Shown piece by piece: positions 14,780-25,796 of a stretch of 64,000 nt of DNA. The position numbers and the translations under genes were made by a program. Each line of letters opens with the position of its first letter. Within the stretch, counting starts at the first letter, position 1. Source of the DNA: Bugula neritina (Eukaryota; Animalia; Bryozoa); the NCBI GenBank assembly GCA_964035545.1, contig OZ037771.1, positions 2,615,628 to 2,679,627 of the forward strand, read 5' to 3'. A model generated the notes under the pieces. It was not told the origin of the DNA and made no database searches. It saw only the letters and a list, made by a program, of their open reading frames with translations.

Positions 14780-15696
14780 TTATACAACGTTTATAATATA
14801 CATTGATGAAACATTTTTTTAAAACATTTTAGTAACCTTACTGAGAAACTGTTTTAGTAACGTTGTTTTATAACATTAACTTTATATTGGAGAAAAAACT
14901 TTGCATTGAAATGTTGAAGTAACGTTTTATTGATGTTTTTTGAAAACCTTTTTGAAAAAAGGTTTATACAACATTTCAAAATACATTCATGCAACCATTT
15001 TATCAAACATTTGAACAACATTGGTATCAATCGTTTCTTTAACATTGGGTTAAAACGTTATGTTTATGTTTGCAGAACAACGTTGTTTGAAATGTTCTAT
15101 GAATGTTGTATAAATGTTTAGTAAAACAATTTAGTTAAAACATTTATAAAACATTTTGAAAAAACATTGATCCAACCTTTTTATCAAACATTCTATTAAC
15201 CTTGGTAAAAATCATTTATTGAACGTTGAATTAAAACATTGTGGTTACGTTTGAAAGAAACGTTGTATTGAAATGTTGTATAAACGTTGTATTAATGTTT
15301 TATTGAAACAGTTTGTGCAAAACGTTGATAGAATGTTTTGAAAACAACATTAATACAACCTTTTTTTCAAACACTTAATAAACCTTTGAAAAATACATTT
15401 ATTAAACGTTGGGTTATAACGTTAATTTCATGTTTAGAACAAACGTTGCTTTGAAACATTCTACCAACGTTTAATGGATGTTTTGTTACAACGTTTGGGT
15501 CAAACATTTAATGAACGTTGTGATATACATTTATACAACAACTTTTCTCAACATTTGTTAAATGTTTGACCAAAATGTTGACTTTAAACATTTATCAAAC
15601 ATTACCATAACGTTAAACGGAAATGTTTGATTCTAATGTTGTGAACAAAACCTTCTGACAACACATCCAAAGGTTGTATAAACGTTTCTTGTTAGC
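14780..15696. repeat. Degenerate higher-order repeat: ~12-bp AAC(G/A)TT units organised in ~181-bp blocks; probably the inside of a non-autonomous DNA transposon
   Basis: aacgtt/aacatt/aatgtt recurs about every 12 nt. The anchor ttgaaatgtt/ttgaaacatt falls at ~14906, 15087, 15268 and 15451. Confidence 0.7.
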
Positions 15697-15832
15697 ACAA
15701 CCTGCTACAAGTTGGAAAATATATGTTTCAGTATTTCTTTCTTTAAAATAAAATTAGCAGTTTGGCAGTACATTGGCACTTAGGAGGTGTATTGTACAAT
15801 AACATAACACAGGGGAGGAGGGGGCCTTTCAT

Positions 15833-16180
15833 GAAACTGTGCAGCAGCAATGTTAATCTTAAGAAGTCAAACGGCTATGACACGATGCTGCCATGGCTTA
15901 GCCGTGGCCTATTAATCAGGTTAGTTGGATTTCCCTGCTGGCAGGAATAGATAGCTCTTAAGTTTGTTGAGACTAAACAGTCCAGCTGTGCTTCAGTTTA
16001 TGTACAGTACAAAAATATCAATGAAAATGAAGTGGTGATCAAAAAGAAGGCTTGGCACCAAATCATTTTCTTTAGGCTACTATTTTCAAGTTATTTTAAA
16101 TTTATGTGGTTTGTTTTTTAGTTTGCATTGTAAATTTAAAAACAGTTGTTATTTTCTATTTTTATAAGACTTGTGGTTAC
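15833..16180 (+). pseudogene. CYP4 gene fragment (3' half of exon 2, intron 2, first bases of exon 3)
   Basis: Translates KLCSSNVNLKKSNGYDTMLPWLSRGLLI followed by gttag. The following sequence aligns with CYP-B intron 2 (31742-31993), but the acceptor is mutated (ttgtgg vs ttgtag). Confidence 0.85.
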
Positions 16181-16683
16181 CGATCATATAACAAAGGAAT
16201 TCATAATAAATGGTCATTTTGAAACTTACTGACTGAAACATGAAATCAGGAAGAGAGCCTGTGCTATTGAAGTGTGCAGCAAATACTGTTAGTAGGATGT
16301 GGGAGTTGTAAAGTTCTGACATTTATTATACCACAAGAATATAAATAGTTTGAGCAATGGCATACATTATCAATGAGATATTTGAAATTAAATTTTAACA
16401 ATTTAATAATTAAGGCTTTCTCTGTTAGCCTCAAAAAGTGAACCATAAAACTGATTTATGATACTAGTGAATTCATATATTAATATAGACATTATTTTCT
16501 CTTCTTTCATGGCTTAGATTTAACAAAGGTTGGATGCTTTCAGAAGATTGAAAGATAAACAGTGTTTGTAAACAGCATAAAAGCTAAAAAATACGCATAG
16601 CTTTAACGACTGCATGGACAATTTCTTCATTCATCCAAGGTGAAGCACTGGCTTCATATTTTACTAAAGACAAGAAAAAACAT

Positions 16684-19600
16684 TTAGTGCCGATTAGTAA
16701 GTTTGATGTGTATTCCATTAAGTGGTTGAAGTATAAGTGCTGCTCGTAGACCAAGTTCTTCTCTTGTCTGTGTTGACTCAATGTTGAAGTTCAGTAATAA
16801 AGTACCAACTACTATCATCAACTCCATCAACGCAAACTTCTGACCTAAAATATGAAATTATTCCTGAATAATTTATTCTATGTACTGTTGTGATTTTTTC
16901 GGTGGTGTGTCAGCTTGCTGGTTTGATTTAAACAAATAAATTTTAGCATAAGAACTTATTTCTCAACAAATGCGCCAAAAACTGACAAATGAGAACGTCA
17001 TTAAGTTTAAATTTCTCATTAAATATTTTCAAAAGAAGTGTCACAGTTTTAAAATCTGCAAAGGGAAAAATATAAGCAGACAATCAACAAAAATCAATTT
17101 AATAGAGCATGCAGTCTTCAGTGAATGATGAAGAATATAACATGCATAAAAACTACTTAAGAGTCTAAAATTTAGCGCTTGTGATACCAACAGCCTACAT
17201 AATGTACCTATACAGTTTCTTGGTCCTGCACTGAATGGTATGTATGCAAATGGATCTCGTCTAACATTTGAGTTTTCTTCAACACTTGACTGCTGTAAAT
17301 CTGCATTTATATCAGAGTTCAGCTGATCAAATCTATTAGGATTGAACTTCTCTGGGTCTGGAAACTGCTCAGGATCTTGGTGGAGGGCCATTATTAGCAT
17401 GCCAACTTGTGTTCCTTTGGGAACCACATATTCACCTGTGTAAATAGCATAAAATTAAAATCTTTAAATTTTAACACATTGCTTAAAGTTTTTAACAAAT
17501 GTTAGCACCCAATCTAACTATTTGTACAATTATGAGTCAAATACTCAGTGGTAGATTGTATTAATTCGCCAATATGAAAATGATAAGTAAAATATGAGCA
17601 TAATTTAAATATTTGCTGATTTATAAATGGAGAAAATAAGATATTTTACCGAAAGCTGTGTCTTCTTCCAATTGTCTCCCAATCAGAGGAACTGGAGGAA
17701 GAAGTCTCATTGATTCTTTGATACAACATTCCAAGTACTTCAACTTAGGGAGGTCATCCATTGTAATATCTTTCAAAGGGTTGCCTAATGCGATAACAAA
17801 CATAATCAAATTTTATTTGCAGTAAATAATCATTAAGCTAGGCTACAGAAATAAGCATCATGTAGCTATTGTTACTCAAAGTGTTTAATGAAATACTACA
17901 GTAACTAGCTGAACATGAAATTATTTAGAAACAACTGGTTCTCCCCGGACAGCTATACATTAAATAGTTAATGGGTTAACTTTTTAGTGAGTTTTATGCT
18001 ATTTTCAAAACCATTTCTTCAGTACGCTTGTAGTTGGTAATTATGATTGCTTGAGAAAGCAATTTTCAGTTCCATTATTTGATTGACACAGCTAATTGTA
18101 GTATTATATACTTCTGTACCTGAGGAAAGATAATTTGAAAAGTGTAAAAGCAATTCCTCAAGTTCCTATATAGTTGATCTTGAGCAAAATTTTCCACATT
18201 TTACATGCAGATAAGTTCCCTATTAGCTTACTGCAGAAATGTTCATGCTTTCCTGTCTGAAGGTATTTGTTAGACAAAGCTTTATTCTATAAATTTGTTT
18301 AACCAACTAAATATGTTTCTAAATATCTAATGAATACAAACCAATAGCTTCGTCCAGCTCCTGTTGACACCTTTTCTGCTCTTCTAAGTTTTTTCCAAGA
18401 AGATAGATTGCAAAGAAGATTCCAGATGACGTGGTGTCATGGCCCTGGAAAAAAAGTCAGAACAGTTAGGATTTCATGTACATGCTTAGTCGTTATCCAG
18501 CTCACTAAATTCTTCTTGTTTATATTTATACAGACGCCTGTTTATACAGTTCTTTTATACATTTCTCAGAATTTATGCTATTTGTGCACTGCAGTAAACA
18601 TAGAGGTTTCAATGCATCAATGTAAAGAAACCCTATAAGGCTGCACATAAAGAGCTTTTTAGTTTGTTACATTATCTTAGCGTTAGGAGGCTTTGTGAGA
18701 CCTCAGGAGATGACTAGGGAGTTGGTATCAAGAAACCACTTGAGCTTTGTTCTATTTTTAGCATATTGAAAATACTCATAGAAGGCAGCATTACAATTTG
18801 ATTCAAATAAAGTTGCTTTATTTTAGTCTGATACCTGTCAACAGTCCTACCTCAAACATAAAAGTGTCAACTTCCTCCCTGATATCAGAGTCAGTTAGAG
18901 GAAGTCCATCTTCATCTGTACAGTTTAGTAAGAGATCCAGGAAAGGCTGGTGCTTCTTTTGTTCATAATCTGTCCCAGAATCTCTCATTTCTCGCCTCTT
19001 TTTAATTACCTGAAGTAAAATGCTAGCAAATTAACACACATTCCCCTCCTCCGCAGTTTAAGTTCCAGCAAGTAATATCTGAAATAAGGAATTGTTTACT
19101 TGCTATAATTAACACAGCTGAATTGAACTACCAACTAAGTAAAATTATAAGACTTACAATGGTGAAATCTTAACAATCACAAAAAATAATGTTAAATCAG
19201 ATTCACAGAAAGGAGAGAGACTGTGAAAGGGACCACTAAAATGATTAATTTGTATTAATTGTCTTTGTTTTCTTTTATTCAATGCATAAAGTCATCTTGC
19301 TGATGTAATAAGTACCTCAATTGTAAAATCTTGTGCCAAAGAGATAGCTTTGTTGACTTTCTTCCCCACTGCTGTTCTGTCATAAATAAAGTCAAATCTA
19401 CCAATAGGTGACCTGGATCTATCATCTATTCCTTCCTTGATAATGCTGAGAGCTTCAACGTATTCGCTGTTCTCTCCATGGAGGGCATTTACTTCTACTC
19501 CCATTGCCGTGTCTAAATACAAATTTGCGTATTTGAGACTAGGGTTACCTTTTTTATTTTTTGAACTGAAGATAAAATGAAGTTGATATGAGAGGCAATA

Positions 19601-21515
19601 AATTGATAAGATGGCAACAAAAGTAAAGATAACTGAATGTCAGCAATGGATATTTTTGATGAGCATATAACATATCGTATAGAGCTTCTGTGTTTAAGCA
19701 GATACAATAATTTTTTTGTATAAACTCGTAATGACTTATATTATAAGCCTGTATTTAAGCATGTATATAATGTAATGATTGTATAAGCATTTATAAGCTT
19801 TTGGAAGGTTATATAAGCTGCAACTTTCTTCAGAGAAAATAAAGATGACTAGCGACATTATTATAATGTAAGTTTTAGGTTCAATTGCGAAATAAAGTTG
19901 ACCTTGAACTTACCACATATGATGTCTAGAGTGCTACGTGTTACATCATCTAAGATATCATAAGGTTGACCAGTGTCACTAGCATCTCTCATTAACTTGT
20001 CTCTCAACTCTTTAGCGTGACTGTTTATCATTCCATTAAACGTCTTCAAAATGTTGAAATGAAAACTTGGTGTGAGCATCTTCCTTCTGCTCCTCCATTT
20101 TGAACCGTAACTACAATTTTTATCAAAGTTATAGTAACTGCAACTGTCTTTAATTAAAATAAATAACCACAAGCCACATAAATTTGAAATCATTTCTCAG
20201 TGATGCTAAACTTCCTTTTGTATCAGTTTTTTTGACATTACAGAACTTGAAACACAGCTTAGCCGTTTACTCTCAACAAACTTAGAAGTTATCTATCTCT
20301 GCTGGCAGAGAAATTTTACTAACCTGGTTAATAGGCCTCGGCCAAGCCATGATAACAATGGGTCATACCGATTAGACTTCAGAATATTAACATTGCTGCT
20401 GCACAGTTCCTTCAAATGCTCTGCACCATAAATCAAAACCCAGGATTCCTCAAGAATCATCAGACGATACAGACCTTGTTTCCTCCTTTCAGCTGCCCAT
20501 TGCAGAAACTGATGGAAAGCAGCTGCAAAAAGGCTTTAAAGTAGCTTAAGTCAGCATATGTTTGGCTCAAGTATGACAGTAAGTTAGTACTCATAATTTA
20601 AGATATTTGCCTAAAAGTTTGCATGAAAATATAAGCACAGGCTCATATATGTAATGAAGATCCCAAATTACAGTAGTTTCAAAGCATCTATTACTTATCA
20701 AAGGTTTATATTATGGAAAGTTTATAAGAGAACATAAACTTCTCATATTTTATTATACTCATAAATGCAATTTGTATTTTATTATAAATGAGATCAATTT
20801 TTATGTGTGCCTGTGTGTGTGCCTGTGTGTGTGTGCCTGTGTGTGTGTGCCTGTGTGTGTGCCTGTGTGTGTGCTTGTGTGTGTGCCTGTGTGTGTGCCT
20901 GTGTGTGTGCCTGTGTGTGTGCCTGTGTGTGTGCCTGTGTGTGCGTGCGTGTGCGTGTACGAAAAGAAATAATGCAACATCATCATGATACAAGGCTATG
21001 CCCAGTATTATCACAACAAGCAAACTTTCTAATATCCCACACCAGACTATATGCACTTACTATCTAGACTGTTACTGAACTAACATGTACTTACTTTCTA
21101 GATTATGAAGCAACATAACTTACTATCTATACTGCAGATATACGATATGACTATAAACTAACAAATATTTGTCAGCCAAACAGGATCACCACAGTATAGG
21201 TGGAAAAAACCTAGGATGTACTTATTTTCCAATTTGCAAACCAATATATTAGGCTATATTATAGCTATATTAGGTAATTAGCTTTTCAGCTCTATGTGTA
21301 GCCTACTTACTTCCAGCATCAGTAGAAAGAGTTAAAAGATCTCCAACAAGAGGCCATGGCTGAATGCAGGGTAACTTCCTCAGTAGTTTACGGTCTCTGC
21401 TGTTATTCCATAGCAAGTACCAGATCAGTGAAATGATTCCAACTACAGAAAGTAGCACCAAGGTTGAAGCAGAGTTGATGTGATCAACTGTAGACAATGC
21501 AATTTCTCTCAGCAT
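16684..21515 (-). CDS. CYP4: Cytochrome P450, clan 4 / CYP4 family (CYP-A), 9 exons, 527 aa
   Basis: Exons 21515-21311, 20522-20324, 20110-19914, 19512-19316, 19009-18851, 18444-18342, 17784-17650, 17435-17208, 16844-16684; all GT-AG, 1584 nt open. Motifs: N-terminal TM anchor, [27 protein letters not shown] (CYP4 signature), [21 protein letters not shown]. Confidence 0.95.
20804..20958. repeat. Compound (TG)n microsatellite, unit gcctgtgtgtgt, in CYP-A intron 1
   Basis: Direct reading; explains the HT/CV repeat ORFs. Confidence 0.95.
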
Positions 21516-22000
21516 TTCCTATCCCTGGTGCTACTGGATACTAGTTACTAATAGCATTAAGTGTCAGTACTAGCTGTTGATAGTATGATTGCTGTAGCAG
21601 CTGTCAGTGCCCTAAATGTTGCGGTAACACATCAAGTGTAACACTGCTTCTAATTACATAACGATTGTCCATACATCCGAAAATATGCACATGCAGTCAC
21701 TGTTATCAAGCGTTAACAACCTACGTTAGACAATAAGTATCCAATAAGCTGGTGGTTGATAAGTAACCTAATATTGAATGCATATAGTTATTTGCTTTCT
21801 TTATATTTTATTGCAGTTTTATTAAAAAATCCCTGACTTACTTTTTATGCAGCATTAAAATATTCATATTATTATTGTATAAGGATAGTTTGACAGTTTT
21901 TATTTTTATTAGCCTCACGTGTATTCAAACAAAGGCACTTGAAGATGACTTCATATTTTAACCGCATTTTCTATTTTATGAGTATAAAGTTAGCTGCTTG

Positions 22001-22013
22001 GGGTCAAAGGTCT
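22001..22013. promoter_or_regulatory. Candidate DR1 nuclear-receptor element GGGTCA-A-AGGTCT, ~490 bp upstream of the CYP-A ATG
   Basis: One mismatch to RGGTCA-N-RGGTCA (HNF4/RXR-type); motif match only. Confidence 0.35.
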
Positions 22014-22210
22014 TCCAATTCATTTTTGTGCACAGTTGTTTTTGTTACCAGCAGTTGCTCTTATGCAGTCAGCCACATTAGAGAGTAGCACTGTCAACAT
22101 TATAATTAGTCTGGTGGCCTGAATTTCTTCACTGTATATTAAAACGTAGACTGGATTCTTGATCAGCTACAGCTCTGTAGGGCACACCTTCACCTTGGTT
22201 CATTATATAT

Positions 22211-22515
22211 TGTTATGTTTTCCAGATTTAGGGTTGATGTGCCACCAAGAGAGTCTATTTATCACTAGAGAAACTTCACCGTGTTAAGTCGAGTAGATAT
22301 CGTTATATTTTAATACAAGAATACATAATAAAATCTAATGTACAACAGTAATGATACGCACATCTATTTAATTTTCAGCACTATCCTCAACTGAGCTAGT
22401 AGCGCGAAGCTGCTACTATTACTCATAAACAGCCTAGCTAATTGGCTAATACATTGTTCCGGGTCAATACGCAACCTTGCGTATTGTGTTGCTGGTAGCT
22501 CCACGAGCCACCACA
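22211..22515 (-). repeat. 3' LTR (305 bp)
   Basis: Identical by eye to 29346-29650. Preceded on the minus strand by the purine-rich tract GGAGGGAGCAG (22526-22516). Confidence 0.97.
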
Positions 22516-22782
22516 CTGCTCCCTCCAGCAGAAAGCCCTCTTTCTGATAAAAATATAATTCACATAAAAAAAACGTATACTTCGTTGTGGAGAGAGAGAA
22601 CAGTATAAAAGTATATACAAAAAAACAACTGATAAAATATACAGGTATACATATAAAACGTGCACAATGCGTAATATGTACGAGAAAATCCTATTTACAT
22701 GTAGAGTACGTGCCACCATAATGGTAGGGAATGCCACAGAGAGGTAGGGGAAGAGTAGTATGGAGTTGGAGATAGACTCATG

Positions 22783-23856
22783 TTAACTGCGGGCCGCCCG
22801 CTTCATGCGTTTAATAGACTCCTGTAAATATTTGAGTTCACTGGATGCAGCCTGTACCCGTGGGGCCAGCCTATACACTTCTTGCTCCAAGTCGTGTGCC
22901 CTAGCTTCTACTTCACGTAGGTTGCGGGCCCAGGGGGACGAGCGAGAGGAAGGCGGCTGTCTGTGTCTTTTCCGCTCTGAGGATGGAAGGGGAGGAGGGA
23001 GTGTATATGCATTTGTGTCCACCCTCTGTAGTATGACACAAGGAAAGGTATGCGGTATGCGTAGAGAACCGTGAGGTGGAGAGTTAGTAGACTGTGTAGG
23101 GTTATCCGCGGCTCCAGAGATGATGGGTCGCGGGGAAGGGAAGCCTTGCTCCAGGCGAGATAGCCGAGCTGAGTCAGTGATGAGTGGTTTGATGGCGTTG
23201 AGAAAGGCAGGATAGGATGATTCGTCTACTTCATAGACATGCCCTTGATAACACTGCATAGTACGTTGGTGCCGCAGTAGGTAATCACGATTGTAGCTAT
23301 ATTCTCCGCAAGGGCAGAAAGTGGTGATGTAGTGTTGCGGCAAGGGTACTTTCAGTCTGCGGTGGGTTGTGAATCGCTGCTGACAGAGGTTGCATTCACG
23401 ATTACTCTCACCTCCTTGATGGGTCCTAATCTCTCTCTCTGTGGCAGGGGTAATCCAGTTGGAGGTTGCTTCCAACTGGGGTGGCAGTTGCCTGGTTGTA
23501 GAAGTTGTTGGGGCCGGCTCTGGGTCCCACGCCATCTTTAGAGAAGGCATGCCCGGAGAGACGGGCGCGAGTGTGTCTACAAAAGTAGAATTATTGTTAG
23601 ATCGCGGTGGATCTTTACAACATAATTCTAGTGACTGTCGACCGTTGCTAGCCTGAGAGTCACAGCTTTTGGAATGCACTCGAGGAACCGATGAATCATG
23701 TGTGGACTGACCAAGAACAGTGTCTAGCTCCAGGTCTAACAGACCGTCGGCCATTACAGTGTCTTCATCGTCATTCATATGAAACGTGGTTCCCAGTAAT
23801 TCTGATTCAATCTGCTGAATTAGTTCAGAATTTACTGGCATCGAGCCCGTTTCCAT
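22783..23856 (-). CDS. Retrotransposon accessory ORF3: putative zinc-finger/coiled-coil nuclear protein (not Env), 357 aa
   Basis: ATG is 17 nt after the pol stop. Contains CNLC-x12-(P)-x3-H and CPC-x12-H-x5-C fingers, PCVIL, ERKRHR and a C-terminal heptad repeat. No signal peptide or TM stretch. Confidence 0.8.
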   Translation of the reverse strand: METGSMPVNSELIQQIESELLGTTFHMNDDEDTVMADGLLDLELDTVLGQSTHDSSVPRVHSKSCDSQASNGRQSLELCCKDPPRSNNNSTFVDTLAPVSPGMPSLKMAWDPEPAPTTSTTRQLPPQLEATSNWITPATEREIRTHQGGESNRECNLCQQRFTTHRRLKVPLPQHYITTFCPCGEYSYNRDYLLRHQRTMQCYQGHVYEVDESSYPAFLNAIKPLITDSARLSRLEQGFPSPRPIISGAADNPTQSTNSPPHGSLRIPHTFPCVILQRVDTNAYTLPPPLPSSERKRHRQPPSSRSSPWARNLREVEARAHDLEQEVYRLAPRVQAASSELKYLQESIKRMKRAARS

Positions 23857-23873
23857 GAATAGGAATACAAGAC

Positions 23874-25796
23874 TTATACTGGCTTACCTGGGAACTCGGT
23901 ATTAATGTCCATACTCAACGTTCTTGGTAAGATTGGAGCTGGTTGTGAGATACGTCTGCCTTTAGCGATGTCAGCATAAGAAAAGGCTGAGCATCGTTTC
24001 TGAGGCACGAGGTCGGAACTATTTGCTTTACGCGCATTAATTCCACCCACTATTCCGCCCTCGCAAAAGTTGATATTTGCGTGGGGTTCACAACTCCAAC
24101 ATTTTATCGTACGGTTTTCCCTTAGACTTTCATGTGCGCCGCTTCTAATGCAGTCACATACGAAGTCTTTTAAATATGCGGGGGGTTGCCTCGTACGCTG
24201 TCCCCTTTCTAGGGGGGGTGACACGCTTGCCGGTTCGTTAGTAGGGGCCTCTAATGGCGTCTCTACTTCACCGTCAGCGGTCACCTCTTCTTGTTCTCCG
24301 GATGGAGCCCCTCCCTCCGTGGGGGTTTGCACTTCCGGAACCGGCTCGGTTTCTGGAAGTGATGGAATTAGACTTGGCGGTGGCGGACACGCTTCTGTTG
24401 ACAAAAGCTGCCGCTCCTCTCTCACCAAGTTTTCTTCCCGCGGTATGACCACTTCGTATTCAGGTCCATGCCGCCGTCGCCCGCGCGTTGTTGTCTGCCT
24501 CCTGGGCTCTAACAACGGGGGGGCTTCTCCCACTCCGTCGGGGCTAGCCCAATACGGTTTCAAGCGAGACTCATTCTGGATAGACACCTGTCCTGAGCGC
24601 TCAATCTTGTACGTATGGTTGGGCATAGCTTCGACGACCACGTAGGGCCCTACGAACTTAGGCTTCAGCTTATCAGCCTGTCCACGGCGCCTACGGTAAT
24701 TGACCATCCACACCTTATCTCCCCTTTGATAGAGAGGTGGTTCATCGGAATCTTCGTGCCGCACCTTCCACTGCTGTTGGCGCAGTATCTCGTGTGCGGC
24801 CTTCATCCGTTCCACTAGTTCACTGGCATACTCGTGAACCGAGTTGTCTTGCTCTGGAACGTGATAGGTGAGATGGTCAGGGACACGAGTCTCTCTCCCG
24901 AGCATCAAGAGGTTTGGGGTCTCACCAGTACTGGTGTGTGGGGTGCTACGGTATGCACGCATGACTTGCGGCAACACCGTATCCCATTCCTCTTGACCTC
25001 GTCCAAGGAGGAGACTCCGGAGTGCATCACCCAGCATCCGGTTGTTGCGCTCCACCACCCCGTTACCTTGAGGGTGGTAGGGGGTGGTCCTGCTCTGATT
25101 TACTCCCCAGAGGTGACAAAGGTCGCTCATCAGTTGAGACTGGAATTGAGCGCCTTGATCAGAGTGTATCTGTTCAGGGAGTCCAAAATAACAGAATACA
25201 TGTTGGTCTAGTGCCCTGGCCACTGTTGGGGCTGACGCATCTGGGATAGCCAGAGCATCCGCCCACCTAGTAAAGTGGTCGGTTAGTACTAGGATCCAAT
25301 TATTGCCTCTGGGGGTCAGGGGCATGGGTCCGACCAGGTCTACAGCGACTACTTGCCAGGGCCTACCAGCATATAGCCTCCGCCGTCCTGCTTCACCAGG
25401 GGGGCGGCTATGCTTACTGGCCTGGCAGATCTCACACTGTTTGACTCTGAGCCGGACGTCACGCTCCATTTGCGGCCAATACCACCGGAGTCGTAATTTG
25501 GATATCACTCTCTTGACCCCTGCGTGGGCCTGTTTGTGAGTATCCCAAATCAACTCACGGCGGATGGCCGTGGGACAGACTACCCTCTTCCTTTCCGGGT
25601 GTCTGCCGCTGGCAGCTAGAGAGATGGTTAGTAACCCATCCTGCCCGATCCGCAGCGAGTCCCAACGCTGACAGTATAGCCGGAACTCGGCGCATCCCTG
25701 TCGTATGCGTTCCTCGCTGGGTCGTCGCCCTTCCCTTTTGGCCCGGTATATGTCTGCCACGACTCCAGGCAGCTCTTCTTGGAGCTTCTTCAGCTC
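23874..25796 (-). CDS. pol: Pol integrase part (same frame as RT, separated by one TGA)
   Basis: HHCC (HKQAH...CEIC), DDE (VAVDLVGP, HSDQGAQF, NGVVERNN), GPY/F (KPKFVGPY) and RTRQPPAYLKDFV tail. Confidence 0.95.
   Translation of the reverse strand, partial: ELKKLQEELPGVVADIYRAKREGRRPSEERIRQGCAEFRLYCQRWDSLRIGQDGLLTISLAASGRHPERKRVVCPTAIRRELIWDTHKQAHAGVKRVISKLRLRWYWPQMERDVRLRVKQCEICQASKHSRPPGEAGRRRLYAGRPWQVVAVDLVGPMPLTPRGNNWILVLTDHFTRWADALAIPDASAPTVARALDQHVFCYFGLPEQIHSDQGAQFQSQLMSDLCHLWGVNQSRTTPYHPQGNGVVERNNRMLGDALRSLLLGRGQEEWDTVLPQVMRAYRSTPHTSTGETPNLLMLGRETRVPDHLTYHVPEQDNSVHEYASELVERMKAAHEILRQQQWKVRHEDSDEPPLYQRGDKVWMVNYRRRRGQADKLKPKFVGPYVVVEAMPNHTYKIERSGQVSIQNESRLKPYWASPDGVGEAPPLLEPRRQTTTRGRRRHGPEYEVVIPREENLVREERQLLSTEACPPPPSLIPSLPETEPVPEVQTPTEGGAPSGEQEEVTADGEVETPLEAPTNEPASVSPPLERGQRTRQPPAYLKDFVCDCIRSGAHESLRENRTIKCWSCEPHANINFCEGGIVGGINARKANSSDLVPQKRCSAFSYADIAKGRRISQPAPILPRTLSMDINTEFPGKPV

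Noticed and set aside
20706-21067. His/Thr- and Cys/Val-rich ORFs (metallothionein-like look)
   Set aside because: Translation of a (TG)n compound microsatellite in CYP-A intron 1.
22783-23856. ORF3 as an env gene
   Set aside because: No signal peptide, furin site plus fusion peptide, or transmembrane anchor.
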